Shown here: positions 23,958-36,900 of the stretch, one piece after another
Layout of the letters: each line of letters opens with the position of its first letter
Numbering within the stretch: the stretch's first letter is position 1
From: Coniocarpon cinnabarinum
Taxonomy: Eukaryota
DNA length: 64,000 nt
Direction of reading: 5' to 3'
NCBI GenBank assembly: GCA_051942205.1
Contig: JAVECO010000002.1
Location: forward strand, 248,001 to 312,000
Program-made: the position numbers and the translations under genes
Notes under the pieces: generated by a model
Database searches by the model: none
What the model saw: only the letters and a program-made list of their open reading frames with translations
What the model was told of the DNA's origin: nothing

Positions 23958-25141
23958 TCATTTGTTCTCGCCTTTCGCAAAGCGCTCTGCTCTCTCCTTC
24001 TCCTGCCTGCGCGTTACTTCGCGAAGCAGGTCTGGTGGACTGTCCTCTATTAGATCACTGTCTTGGTTGAGACCGGTCCATTTTGGCAGCCCATCAGGTA
24101 CATCGACCACTCTTTGCCCGTAAAACATGTGGCATCGCGGTCTCCACTTGATCTTGTCCTCTTGGCTGTTGAGTTTGACCAAGCTAGGGAACAACAGAAT
24201 CATGTTTCGACCCTCGTCCATGATGGGAGAATGGCAGTAGCTGCATCTGACCTTGCATGGCAGCTGGTGAGAAATTGACTTGGACGTCGGATCATACCAC
24301 TCAAGGTGATGATGACCGTCTCGGAAATTGATGTCGTCTTTGTGAAAAATGGCGGCCCACTGGAAAGGAGCAGCTGAGTCAAATGGTCAGCATCGTCGGT
24401 TTCGTAACAATAAAGATATGCCCAGCTTCGAAAGGGACGACATCACTTTTCGGTGGCTTACCATGCTGCGTTTGGCACGTTGTACAATGGCATAGCTTGC
24501 TGTCTAGAGGTTCTTCCCTTGAGAGCTCATACTGCACACGCCCACAGTGACAACTGGCTTCGTAGCGAGCCTGGAAATGCTCATTGGGCTCGTGAACCCG
24601 ATATGGTGCTCGTTGTTTCCACTCGTGCTGACCTTCGGTGGAATCAGAGATCTGATGCGAGGCTGGATGTTGCCCATTAGTCAATGAGCTTTCATCGTTT
24701 GTGGTGCTGTTGTGAAACTTTTTCTCCACGTCCGTCATAGCTGGAGGCTTATTGTGGGTGAAGTCTGATACGAATCGAGGGGTAGGGGAAGAGGAGTAAG
24801 GCACGCGACAGCGCAAAAAATGTGATAGCAGTGGACGCGAAGTTCTTGAAACACCAAAAGATGGAATTGACAAGCACGACAAAAAGGCTTTGCGACGCAA
24901 CACAGATGAAACAGGTCTGCTCGAAAGGTGCATTGCAACAGGAAAGACAGACAGAAAAATATAGCAGGAAGTACGCACACGGGTGAGGGTCATTAGGGTC
25001 AGTAGCCATTGACCGATACTGAGCGGGACTTCCCAATCTGGAGCTGAAACAGACGATGGCTGGGCGGTTCAAGCGAGCTGGGCTACAAAAGCGGTAGGAC
25101 GTCGCTATACCGGTGATGAGATTGGGCGAGCGAAACCGCAT
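23958..25141 (-). CDS. GFA/CENP-V (Mss4-like) zinc-binding protein
   Basis: SCHCGRV, CHCTTCQ, APFQWAAIF, CKVRCSYCHSPIMDEGRNM and HMFY..RVVD..DGLPKW. Intron at about 24374..24461 and a probable intron 24741..24978. Start at 25141, 25009 or 24738 is uncertain. Confidence 0.88.
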
Positions 25142-25380
25142 TTTGTGTGTGTTGACATCAAGACTGCGGTGGCGCGAGCAGGGCCCCTGACGAAAAGTCC
25201 ACCCAGATCGATGTCATTGTGGGGCTCTCGATCGGCGCTAGCGGCTATAGGCGCTCACACGCGCTAGCGCCCGCAAATCGAGGGATGACCTCAGCTGTGC
25301 ACACACTGAGTAATTGAATAACCGCGTACCTCCACAGGTCTGGTAACGATTTCGCATTCGGGAAAGTCATGTTTCCATCT

Positions 25381-28300
25381 TCACTTGGAGCGAAGCAATT
25401 GGCGAGCCTCCTGCTCAGAGACGCCGAAAAGAGCTTTCAAGTACTCGAGCCTCGACGGTAGTTAGCGGAGTTCACGAGCTCTCTCAGAAGAATCACAACT
25501 GCGACTTACTTGGACTGTTCTGCCTCTGACCGCTTAGCAGCTTGGAATCGTTTCTCGCTCGCCAACCGGCACTCTTCAAACGCTGCCACGTCTCTCGACT
25601 TCACTCGGATGTGGAAGTTCGCACTGACAGGTCGATGATCTGACACCCTCACTTCGTGGCGCCGATACTCAAGCTGCTCGATAGCCTGTTCGCCACGCGT
25701 CAGAATCCGGTCACACCATGCCGGTGCACGCTTCTTGTCACTCGAGTCGTAGCTGTCCGTCCCTACGTCGTACTTGTACGTCGGCAAAAAGTCGATAGAA
25801 GCTTCAGAGAAGTCTCGCAGGCGGAAGTCAGGGTTCTTGCGACGCGAAAGCAGTAGTTGGTCTCGCTCCAATAGTTTCTGAAGATTTCTACTCTTAATGG
25901 CCTGCACCACTGCCTCTCGGCCCATCGTGTCGATCCTGTAATTCAGATCACCGTTGAGTATGCAGACTTCATGATCCATCACCATGGAGCCGTCACCTCC
26001 GTAGACATAGGTGCTTGACTTGCCATCCATCCGGCGTCCGGGTGGAAGAGTCTCACTACCTAAGATGGCCTGTATGTCAGAGTTGCGATGGATAGTAGCT
26101 GTCTGACCAGCTGCTAGGTGACAATTTGCCAGACATATTGCGGTGTCATCTAGCACGAAGCGAACCAGGAGTGCGCCCTGGCCTTGTCAGCACATTACGG
26201 TAATTTAGCATCTACGCTTCAGGCCCATACCTTGTTGCCGTAAGCGCCACCCATGCCAGTCTTGACTTCCGAGCCCACAATGTCTCGAATTCTGGAGCGA
26301 CACGAAGCTTTCACGAAGACGCATGTGAAGAGTCCCACCAAGCTCGCTGTGTGTATCTGCACAAACGCCTCGTCGCTCGGCATGTACTCGTCCAAACATC
26401 TTGTGAGGAAGTCTCGCCATTCACGATAGACTCTGCTCAGATGCTCATGACCGTAAGAGTCTTGTTTCTTGTTTTTGAAGAAGTTCTCTGCAACATGTCA
26501 ACACAGATTCGTGGTGTCAACAGTCTTTGAAGATCTTTTCCCGCACTTACTGGCTGTCAGCTTTTTGTCCTCGAGATCGACGAGTTCTTGAAAGCCGAAG
26601 ACGATCAAGTCTGGCGGATCTTCCGGCCTGAATAGGTCACGAAAGAAGTTGGAATCTCTTTGTTCGTATCGAAAGTCTGCAGGCTTCGCGGCACCCGCAT
26701 TCCATGTCATTACTAATGCATCAATATCCTTGTAGGTGCAGAATTCTGCCTCCTGGCGCCGAACATCTTCTTCTGCACAATGCAGTCAGTATTGAAGAAC
26801 GTTTTATGTTGCAGACTCCGTGCGTACCTATCCAGTCATCCTCGAGCATGCCATCCCAAACGCCCATTGTATTATCGACGCCCAGCGAGAGGACATGATA
26901 ACGTCCGGTTTTCCACACGCTACTGCGATCTGCAACGATGCTGACTACCGGATGCGTGTGTGGTTGCCAGTACTTCTTGGTTGTCCAGGGTCGTGTCTTT
27001 GTATCAAATAACATTATTGTGCCATCATTAAAACCAGCCCATAGGTAGTCCCCAACGCCAGCCAGGCAGCTTACCTTGTAGAGACTTACGCTTAGTGTCT
27101 CGACATGCTTGTTGCTCTTGCGTGAGTATATAGATATTTTGCCGTCTGAGTGACCTAAATACAGGTTGTCTGGATCACCGCGCAGGTGCGTGCTTGAAGT
27201 GATGTCCCCACCGGTAGTGAGGATGATTGGTTCCGTGGTCACTTCGAACGCAATCTTACTGGGTTCAGCATTCGGCTGGAAAACTCGAATGCTCTTTCCT
27301 GCAGCTAGCCAGAGCTTGTTGCCAATGATGGCAGAGGACGTGACGCCACGGCTTGCTTTTCCATTCAAAATGCTGTGGTTCAAATTTGGACCACCAGCTT
27401 CATTTGAGGGCCAAACAACTAGCTTCCCGTCAGCATCAAGAGACCAGATCTCTGCAGCTTTCCTCCACATCTTGACAACTTCGCGTCTTGAATGAGCGCG
27501 CTCGTTGATCCCAGTAATACTGCGAGTCACTATTTCCACTTCCATCAGCTCGCCAAAATTGGTCGCAAGCCAGAGATACTGTCCTTCTTGCTCAATCTGA
27601 CGGGATGGTTTAAAAGCCAATGCGGTGATCTTTGTTCCCTCTGCGTGCGGCATACTTAGAAGCAGCCTGCCTGATGCTATATGCCATATTCGCGTCGTAG
27701 TTCCCGTCGTGCAGACATAGTCACCGTACGCATCTAGCAAACGAGAATCTAGACCAAGACTGATTGTCCGCGGTCCTTCACGGTGACATGGCGGCCTCCT
27801 GTTTGCTCGGGAGGAGTCCGGCCAAATGTTCTGTGTTCCAACAATACTTGCGGTTGTTCCATCGACGGTCGGATTCAAGGTGTCTTGAAGTGACGTGGTC
27901 GACTTCATGAAAGTCTTGTTTAGTGGAGGATCTGGCTTTGCTCTGGGCGGGGGCGTGATCGACATTCGTCGGCTCGGTCTGGCTTCTGAGCGGTCTCTCC
28001 TGTTGCTGATCACAGGTCTGCTGGCGCTTCTCGGCGGGAAAGAGCTTGCATTGAAGCCTTGAAGAAGAGCCGAGGGTCGTCCACTCACATCTAGAGATGG
28101 TCGACCGGTACCTTGAGATGAGATCTTTTCAGAATGACGAGTTTCCGACAAGGACATCTCACGACGAGGTGGAAGCTGAGGTTTGACTTCTTGCTCCTGA
28201 TGGGATTCGCCGTTGTCTGACATGCTTCGCTGGCGTGTGATCTCTTTATTGCCTCGAGCTATCAGGTGATTTTCCCAAAGTCGTTTTGAGTTCTTGTGTT

Positions 28301-29215
28301 GCATGGCTCGTGGCCCTCGAGAAGTGTCAGGAAGTGAAAATCGATCATTGAGAGGTGCGGTTGGTTTGGACCCAAGTGGAATCGGCGGCGGCCCATTTGC
28401 AGCATGCGCTTCTTCATCACTTCCAGGAGGCGTCGAAAATGGAGACGACCGCGGTTCCCTTGTCTGAGGTTGAACCTCCAATGTGTCATTCCGCGCAGAC
28501 ACGCTAACTTCGGGCGCAGGTAGGTCTGGCTTTGCTGCCCTGTTTACCGGCGGAGCTGTGCGCTTCGGTTGCGTCCTTGCGTGTGATCTTTCAACATCGG
28601 GAAGCTGCGAAGGAGGTGCTGATTTGTCAACAACATCCTGACGAGCAGGTGTCAGCCCAAACCAGGGTTCTGGCCGCGTATTGGCCTTCGGTATGTTTTG
28701 CAAGAATTGTGAAGACGTGGATCCATTGTCAACACCTTCACTCTCTGAGGTGTGGCTGTCTCGACCCAACAAAAGATCTATCTTTCGTTGTTCGTCCTGT
28801 CTAGATGTTCCAGGGTGCGCCAATGGTGAGCGCGCCCGTGGTGGACTTGTGTTTCTAAGCGCCGTTGGCGCTGCGGCCTGTGACGTTGCTTGTGTCTTTA
28901 GGTCTGCAACTTTCTGAGCGGCGCCTGGACGCGTGATGTCTTGAGATCGACGGGCAGCTGGGGGATCAGGCGGTAACTTCTTAGCGAAAGCCTCTGTGGG
29001 AACAGCAACATTCGAAGCAGGCGCTCGAGGGACAGATCTGGACGCTGCCTCGGGCGGAATGTGTGTATCTGATGGTGGATGCGAAGCCTGGAGGCCTTCA
29101 AATGCTGACCTCAAAGAGGAAACCGGCCTCTGAGACGTAATTAGCCGAAAACGCGTGAACAGCTTTGCACTCTTACAATTGAGCTTTCATCTTTGTGGTT
29201 AGACTGCGAAGTCAT
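25381..29215 (-). CDS. Inositol polyphosphate 5-phosphatase with Pro-rich N-terminus and WD40-like region (multi-exon)
   Basis: TWNAGA, DLIVFGFQELVDLE, GNKGA, NCHLAAGQ, GDLNYRI, PTYKYD and PAWCDRIL..SDHRPV catalytic motifs spread over several exons. Confidence 0.94.
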
Positions 29216-29653
29216 GCTCGTGCAAAATGTTCTGTAGCATGAGTGGCTGACGCTATGGCTCTATGGCGTTGCGCTCTTTAGGCCTGCCTGCAACAAGAAT
29301 GGCTCCATGCGGCTTGGGGGTACGAGCGGCTAGACGGAGAGTACAGAGACTGGCACTGGAAGCGATGAGGCTCGTTTCAACCTTTGGCGCCGTCCAGGGA
29401 TCGTAAAGAGCTTCTTTCAGAATGGTCGCATAGGGTGTCTGTTTGTAAATACAACGTGATTAGTTGATACATTTGACCCCACCCCCGCCTCTGCACCTCT
29501 CCTTTCTGAATTCCACATCCTTTGTTTCTTTCCACGACCCTTCGATTTTTCAGAAGATGGCCGAACGTCCCACATCTTGTTGACGTCCTGCGCGGAACAA
29601 CAAAACCTCCGAACTCTGGACAGTCGCGGAACGGAATCTGAACGGCAAATAAG

Positions 29654-30095
29654 ATGTGGTAGGAAGAGTCCCCCGCTCACGCGTGTCTGCATGTCTACAA
29701 ATTGGTCGCTAACGCAACTGTCTTCATGCAGCAAGCACATTCTCAACGCACAGGTCTCTATCCGCAGTCCATGTTGCAAGAAATGGTTCGATTGTGCGCA
29801 ATGTCACGAAGAGACGCAGGACCATCAACTATTGCAGAGCTATGAGATGACGTTTGTCTGCAAAAAATGCAAAAAAGCCTTCCGCAAAGATGCGCGCGAG
29901 TTCGAAGAGGCGGACGAGTATTGCCCAAATTGCGACAATCACTTCGTCATAGACGCCATCACGCCGAAGCCTAGTCTTCAAGTCGAGGGCGAAGATGCAA
30001 GAGTGGACGCCCGCATGCTGAAGGACGAGAGAATGCGACAAGATGAAGATCGCACGGTATTTGACGTTGAAGAGGCACCGAAAAAGTTGGGCTGA
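29654..30095 (+). CDS. CHY-type zinc finger protein
   Basis: ATG TG, intron 29659..29731, then C AAG gives MCKHILNAQVSIRSPCCKKWFDCAQCH...CKKC...CPNCDNHF. Confidence 0.92.
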
Positions 30096-30316
30096 GTTTC
30101 CATAAAGCCTGCTTGGCCATTTTACTGCCGTGAGTAAGGGCTCGCGAGTATCGCATCGAGCTATGGGCACAAGAAGTCAAGAGTCGAAGACACGGAACGC
30201 CTTGCTATGCAACATCCGACAGACAAATCGAGCCGTCCACAAATACAGCGCGATTCTTGCGAACGCGTATGGGACGATTAAACCCACATCACCAAAGGTT
30301 GTACCAGACACGTCGA

Positions 30317-31203
30317 TCACTGCCCAGCGGAGGGTTCGGTCACTCCCTCAGCGCCACCAGCTGCAGGTCTCGAAGGCATCGCAGTACTTCCACTGGCTCC
30401 GCCTCCACGCTGTCCCTTCTTCTTGTTTGCTTCGTCCTGCTTCTCATTGTTGATGCTCTCAACATATTTTTCGACGTCCTCCACTGGCAGCATCTCCAAT
30501 TTCTTTCCCGGAGCCATGATCGCAATCTCAATGTTTTTTGCACCCGTCTGCACCACCTCTAAGAGCGATTTGATGGTGAGCTTCAGTGTTTCTTCGCGGT
30601 CCATGTCATCTTTGTGGTTTCGCTCAAGAAATTCTCGAACGGTCTTGCTCGATCTACCGATCGAATTGGCTTTCCTAGTATGTGTCAGCGGAAGATGCGA
30701 CGTGCTCCTTGTTTGCCTGGCTCTCACCAGGCTGAGTAGATTCCCGAAGGCTCAGTTTGATATAGTCTCGGCTCCTTGTCGTGTGGATCAAAGCCTATTA
30801 CCAGCGTGCTGATTCCGAAGGGGCGGACACCGCCGCTTTGTGTGTATCGTTGCTGTACTCCGGCAATGTATTTAGTGATGTATTCAATGCTGACCGGATC
30901 CTCCACGGTCAATCGATGGCTTTGAGCTTCCACCCGTGCCTTGTCGACCAAGATGCGTGCATCCGCGTTCAGACCAGCAAATCCAAGACAAACATGCTCA
31001 TCCACAAGGCATATCTTGCTGGGCGTGATTCGTGTATCTTGGAGCTTCAGCGCAGAACGTTTTTCACATCCTAAGGCGACAATGTCTTTGCCCTTGACCG
31101 CCACTGCACATGTACCTCTCTTGACAGCTTCAAGGGCATATTCGACCTGGAAAACATGACCGTCTGGACTGAATACTGAAAGTGCTCGATCGTAGCCTGA
31201 CAT
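30317..31203 (-). CDS. PRE6: 20S proteasome alpha-4 subunit
   Basis: [34 protein letters not shown] and [30 protein letters not shown]. Intron 30675..30727. Confidence 0.98.
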
Positions 31204-31368
31204 TGTGATAGTAAATTGTTCCGAGCGTTGGAAAAGGGAATATCAGCTGCAGCGGTGACGCGCCAGCACTGTGGATGATTAACGGCTACTGTTATTTTGC
31301 TGTACCTGTATGGGAGCTTCAAATGCTTGTACAATATGCGTCGCGTCGCTGCCTACCTAGAGTTTGTA

Positions 31369-31377
31369 TCTGCCACC
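31369..31377 (-). promoter_or_regulatory. PACE-like (Rpn4) element GGTGGCAGA upstream of PRE6
   Basis: One mismatch to the PACE GGTGGCAAA, about 170 bp upstream of a proteasome subunit ATG. Confidence 0.45.
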
Positions 31378-31545
31378 CTGCCAGTACCTTTTCCCGCGTA
31401 TAAGCGCTAGGGCTACTAGCGTGTCATCTATAGAATCTCCAAATTATTATGATGAGTCTCAAGCTTCATGCATGGAGCCAAATCCTGATGCGCTACATGC
31501 TATAGTCTCTCACTCACTCCTCCCTTGGCAGAAAATGTAGTTTCC

Positions 31546-33203
31546 ATGATTACCCAAGCGCTAGCCTGGATCGTCCTTGCATGGTGCGTCACCCTAGTCT
31601 GGGTTACCACAACTGGATGTATTCAAATGTTGGTCTTCGCGAATCACATCTTCCGCAGACAGCTGACCATGAATACAGAGTCAGACACTACCGCTCGCCA
31701 CGTAGATTGGCAGTGTCGGAATCTCTGCCGTTGCAAGATGTGCCCCACATTACAATCATACGTCCCTTGAGAGGATTGGAGCCGTGTCTCTATGAATGCC
31801 TTGCTTCAACTTTTCGCCTTTCGTATCCGCAAAAGCGAACTTCCATCCATTTCTGTGTCTCATCACGGGATGACCCTGCTATCCCGATCGTGAAAAAGCT
31901 GCTTAAGGATTTTCCCGACTATGATGCAAAGTTATTCATCGAGGAAGAAGACGAGGAGATTCTTTCTCACCCAAGCCGGTATGGCCCGAACCCCAAGATT
32001 CGTAACATGAGTCGCGCATATCGAGAGGCTGGAGGAGATCTCGTATGGATACTTGACTGCAACGTTTGGGTCTCACGTGGTACCGCGGGAAACATGGTTG
32101 ATACTATTGACGGGTTAAGTTTCAAAGGCCGCCGGCGGAAATACAAGCTTGTACATCAGCTACCAGTGGTGGTTGATGTGACTAGTGAGATGTACCTTTC
32201 TACCAACAATGAGGACGATGGGGCTCCCGCTCAGGCCGTGTCGACCAGTACCTCTGCAACTGCCGTGGCGCGACCGGTTAATCCGTCTGATAAGCCGACT
32301 TTGGACCTCGCATCATCGTTCTATGGTGGAAGGCTGGAGGAAATGTTTCTGTCGACGTCTCACGCGAAAATGTATGTTGGGATCAACACCATCAAAATCT
32401 CTCCATGCATATTGGGTAAATCGAACATGTTCCGTCGCTCACATCTGAATGTTATGACGCGAAACTCTCCCAAGGCGCTGCCTGAGGGTATCGACTATTT
32501 CAGCTTCAATATATGCGAAGATCATCTGGTTGGTGATACATTATGGAAGAATAAGGTACCAATGGAGTTGGGTCAAGGTACGGACTTCGGTTCCCATGCC
32601 ATGGTCTTCGGTGACCTTGCAATTCAGCCAATGGCAGGTATGAGCCTTAAAGAGTACATTGCCCGTCGGGTCCGCTGGCAACGTGTGCGCAAGTTCACTG
32701 TACCCAAAGCAACGGTCACAGAGCCTGGAACAGAAAGCTTCCTGGCAAGCTTCTATTTTGCATTCTGCCTGACGACTTGTTCTGGACTGGACAGAATTTT
32801 CGGCATACCGCAGACATGGAGCTCCTTCGCTCTCATCTGGACGGTCAGTATGTGCACTTGGATCGTGGTCGACTGGTTTGTTTCACGACTTCTGCAAGCT
32901 ATGAAATCGGTTGAAGTGGCCGAGGGCACCCCAACATTTGTTCAGCCTCGGCACCGATATCAGCATCGACGGACTCTTGAAGAATGGTTTTTAGCATGGC
33001 TCGGGCGGGAAGTGCTTGCCTTGCCTATTTGGTTCATTGCTGTTTTCGGTGGCGTCACTGTCATCTGGAGAGGCAAGAAATTCAAGGTCGGCATGGATAT
33101 GTGTGTCCATCCTATCGATCCACCAGGGCACACAGAGGATCTTCAGACGTTCAGCCGAAGCAACTCGAGCACGCCAGATGATCAAAAACTGCGAAGAGAA
33201 TAA
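31546..33203 (+). CDS. GCS1: Ceramide glucosyltransferase (GT21)
   Basis: N-terminal TM, IIRPLRGLEP.LYECL, GPNPKIRNMSRAY, WILDCNVW, GKSNMFRRS, ICEDHL and RRVRW.RVRK. Intron 31629..31678. Confidence 0.95.
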
Positions 33204-34321
33204 ATTTGTGAGCAATTCTGCTGCCAGTCGCTGTTTACGGCTTTGCTATATGATCATATCACGCTGCCCTATTGCCACACATAAACTTCTGACTAAGTTA
33301 TGGTAGCTCCATGTTTGGCTCAGACACGTGGTCAACCTGTAGATGTTAGCGTCAGTCGACGAAACGGTAAGAAGGGCTTTCATTCAGCCTGAACCTTCAC
33401 TAGACGGAGCATGCACTTGGACTGCCCACGAAAACTGTGCTTGTATGATGGGAATACTTCTCGCGAAACGTGTCAATGTCTCACATGAGCAGCGTTAACA
33501 GTCAAGGGCCCTGAGAAAGGGTGAAGAAGTCTGCTCCTCCGACAACGGGATTTTGATACTGATGTAGATCACAAGGTCGTTCGGAGATGCCCTCACCTCA
33601 TTGCTCACTGTGCAACATGACCTACTTGTCTCACGTGTGAACGTCCCGCCAAAAGAAACGGCTCCATTCCTCCTAAAGTTCAAGACATTGCATCTTCTAA
33701 AAACCACCAACGCAGTGACCTGTGGCCTAAACATCAGCATTGTGCTATAGTGCTTCCGCCTCATTTACTGTGAGCCAGACGCTTCCTAGTGACGAGCTAT
33801 ACCAGCTTTACTATGCACTTATCGTCATGTTAGTCTCCTCTTTGCGTGGACCTAGTGTCCAATTGTATACACTCACTTGCAGCATAGGTAGATTTGGCGA
33901 GCCTGAATACGGGCATTGAATCGGCGCTCTAAAGTCACCACGAATGTCCCCGCGGCAATATTACGCGTATTCTAGAGTAAATCTAAAAGCTCTTTATGCG
34001 TGGGAAGTTGCCTTGCGACCTGAAAAAAGCCTGATACTGTGGATCTTAAGGAGGCAGAGTACTTCGTTTTTGTCTTCTTCGAATGGGGATTGTTTGGTCA
34101 GATGATATGTCCTGCTCTGCTTACATAAGGGGGGAGAGAGGTTTCAGTTCTGCATATCTGATTGTTCAACGGTCATAGAAAGAGGTGAATTGATTGATGC
34201 CAAGAATGCCATAACACCGACGTGTTTCTATTCTAGACTAAGACGGTGACGACTTTATGTCTTGAGCCCTCACCCAACGCATCCATGCTCATGCGATCTA
34301 AAATCTCAACATCCAAAACCC

Positions 34322-35685
34322 TTACGCCCACTTCTGCACCACGTTGCCACCCCTCTTCAACTCCGCCATCTCCCCAATCACAGCCGTCTCATCCGTCAAA
34401 TCCTTCGTTGGAAACGTAGTCGCGAGAACGTAAGCCCTTCCAACACTACCAGAGTGGGCTCGTTCCACGAATGCGCGCACGTCGCCTATTGTTGCGCTGG
34501 TGTTGAATTGTGCAGGGAGACGCGTTCCGTCTGCAAGACGGATCTGGAGGCGAACAGTCGGCTGCGATTCGTCGATTTGTGGTTTCGCCGATGCGTCTGC
34601 TGCTGCGCTTGTGCTCCCTGTGGTCGAGGCAGTGCTTGGCATTGGGATGTTGACGCTCGTCGATGCATTTCCCGAATCACCAGGCGTAGGTGCGCCGAGA
34701 CGCTGACCAGAGCCCTCAAAAGGACGGTATTTCTTCTTGGGTCGCGTGTACTTCTCCCCTCGATGCTGCTCGAGTTTGACATCCACTGCTTGTCCGGACT
34801 CCACGTTCATCAAATCCAAGGGCGCACTCCCGCGATTGATCATCTCGAGTGTGCGTTCGTTCGCCGGGTCATCATATCGATAAAGTGGTCCGTCGTCAAC
34901 AGAGAAGCCATCATCCCACAGATGCAGCGTGCGTTCGATCATCTCACGACGGCCGGGGTCTCCCGCAGGCCCGACCGTCGGCGCTGCGGCCGGTGCAGCT
35001 GGATCCGGTATCACAGTTGATTCCTCGCCCTCACCACCCAACGTCACCCCCGCTCCGCCAAAGTTATTCCGACGCGTCCTCCCCGCAGGTGTCTCATCGT
35101 CGTCATCATCTCCATCTGCTCCAGGCGGCCCAGGTGGTCTCGCACGGTTCTGCCGCGCGGTCTGCAGTAATCTCTGAATATGCTCGTTCGCACCACTGGG
35201 ACCTGCATGGGGGTTCGAAGGATCCTGCACAGCAAGCCCGGATTTGTCACCGCCCGCGAAATATTCCTGGTCTTTATCAGAGTCATCAGACGCAGAGGGC
35301 GATCCAGCCTGTTGCAAGTCTCGGAGGGATCCGAATTTCTTCTTCTGCTGCGGGGGTTTGGAGCGGGAAGCCGGGGCGGGGTTGGAAGATGAAGAAGCGG
35401 GACCAGTGGCCTGCTGAGGACCGAATGAGGAGGCTATAGGTGCGGATGGATTTGCGGGTTGTGCTGTGGGGTTTGGTGGGGTTTCGAGGCCGCCTTCATC
35501 TTGGGCGGCGAGGTAGGAAGATGTGGCAGCGTTGAGGTCCCAGTTGTTTGCGTCGAGGAAGAAACGAGCCTGCAAAAGTTAGCTTAACAGAGATGGATAA
35601 TGTACAAGCTTTCAAGAAGCCTTACGTGTTGAGCATCGCCCGTAATGTTCGCGAATTGAGCGACCTTCTCATCGTGATCGGCCAT
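34322..35685 (-). CDS. SHP1: Cdc48 adaptor Shp1/Ubx1 (p47; UBA-SEP-UBX)
   Basis: ARFFLDANNWDL UBA-like region, YFAGGDKSGLAV, LHLWDDGFSVDDG SEP domain, FEGSGQRLG SHP box and QIRLADGTRL..FN..TFP UBX domain. Intron 35570..35625. Confidence 0.96.
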
Positions 35686-36099
35686 TTTGAAGGTATGATA
35701 GAGCTCGAAGGCTCTTCAGTTGGGCGGGGTTGTCAGTGCCAACAAAAGGATTTTGCGTGCTATGTAGATCTCGTGTACAGATACTGAAAGTGAACGAAAA
35801 ATCGTGCTTGTGATTGTACTTTACGTCGAGTAGTGGTGAAGACGTAAGGTGAAGCGTTACACACAGCACAAATAGGTTACCTAAGCTTCTGGAAAGAATT
35901 AGGCAGATCTTCACACGTCACTCTGCGGCGGCGCATGCAAAAACGTCCGTGCGTTAAAAAAGTTGTTCCAAATTAGGAAAATGTAGAAGACGTTCAGCTC
36001 AGAGCCATTGAACCAACTTATCATTTTTGCTTTTCGAGACTAAGTAGTCTGCTCCATGAAGCTCTAATTTGAAGACTGTCAAGTTGCGCAGTCGCTACC

Positions 36100-36606
36100 A
36101 TGAGCTCCAATCCACCACCCGAGCCCGAATCGTCGTCCGACCCCGATAGCGAGAACTACGACGCCAATAACGAGGAGTCACCTACACCTTCGCAGCCCTC
36201 TTCATCCTCGTCACCACTTATATTGTATTCTCCGCCGACATTTTGGGGACTTTTAAGAGGAGCTGCTATCAATTTAATATTACCGTTCATTAATGGACTG
36301 ATGCTGGGTTTCGGGGAGCTGTTGGCGCATGAGGCGGCGTTTAGGTTAGGCTGGGGCGGCACAAGGGTACGCTCTAAGGTCTCATTATGAGATGGCCCAT
36401 TATTTTAAGGGCTCACCCCATACGCATCTCGCTCCTGCGCAGGAGTCTGGGAAGGGCAAGGAACCTGTGCTGACTCTTAGATGCAGGTCTTTCCCACGCA
36501 CCGAAATTCAAGACCCATTGGTCCTGGTTTGGAGGTCCGAGAAGATGTCTTAGAGCGCAAACGAAGATCAGGGGAAGAGATGGATGAGTTGACGAGCCTA
36601 GAGTAG
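36100..36606 (+). CDS. MIM1: Mitochondrial outer-membrane insertase Mim1/Tom13
   Basis: GAAINLILPFINGLMLGFGELLAHE signature. Intron 36367..36486 continues in frame to VFPTHR...LTSLE*. Confidence 0.93.
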
Positions 36607-36900
36607 TTGGAGCATTCGTGGGGGAATGACGCTTGACGACTGGGCAGTGTCAGAATGGTGTCATCGTCACCTAGGAGATAGGGCATAGCCCGCAAGAATC
36701 TCAAGCAAAGCCTGAAGCAGCGAGGTCGGAAGAGCATAAAATCATGAACAGCTTTGAGGCTAGATGTACAGCAAATGCGCAATCGGAGGTCGTAATACAA
36801 GCGCCTGGGTTTGGGTATCTGTATGAATACATGAACGAATCTAAGACCAGGCATGACTTCGCCACCATTGCGTCTTGCTGCATAGTGAAGAAAACTGAAT

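Noticed and set aside
33495..33764. 89-aa minus-strand ORF between GCS1 and SHP1
   Set aside because: No motif or coding-like composition; lies between convergent 3' ends.
34262..35439. 252-aa and 196-aa plus-strand ORFs
   Set aside because: Antisense shadows of GC-rich SHP1 with no recognisable motifs.
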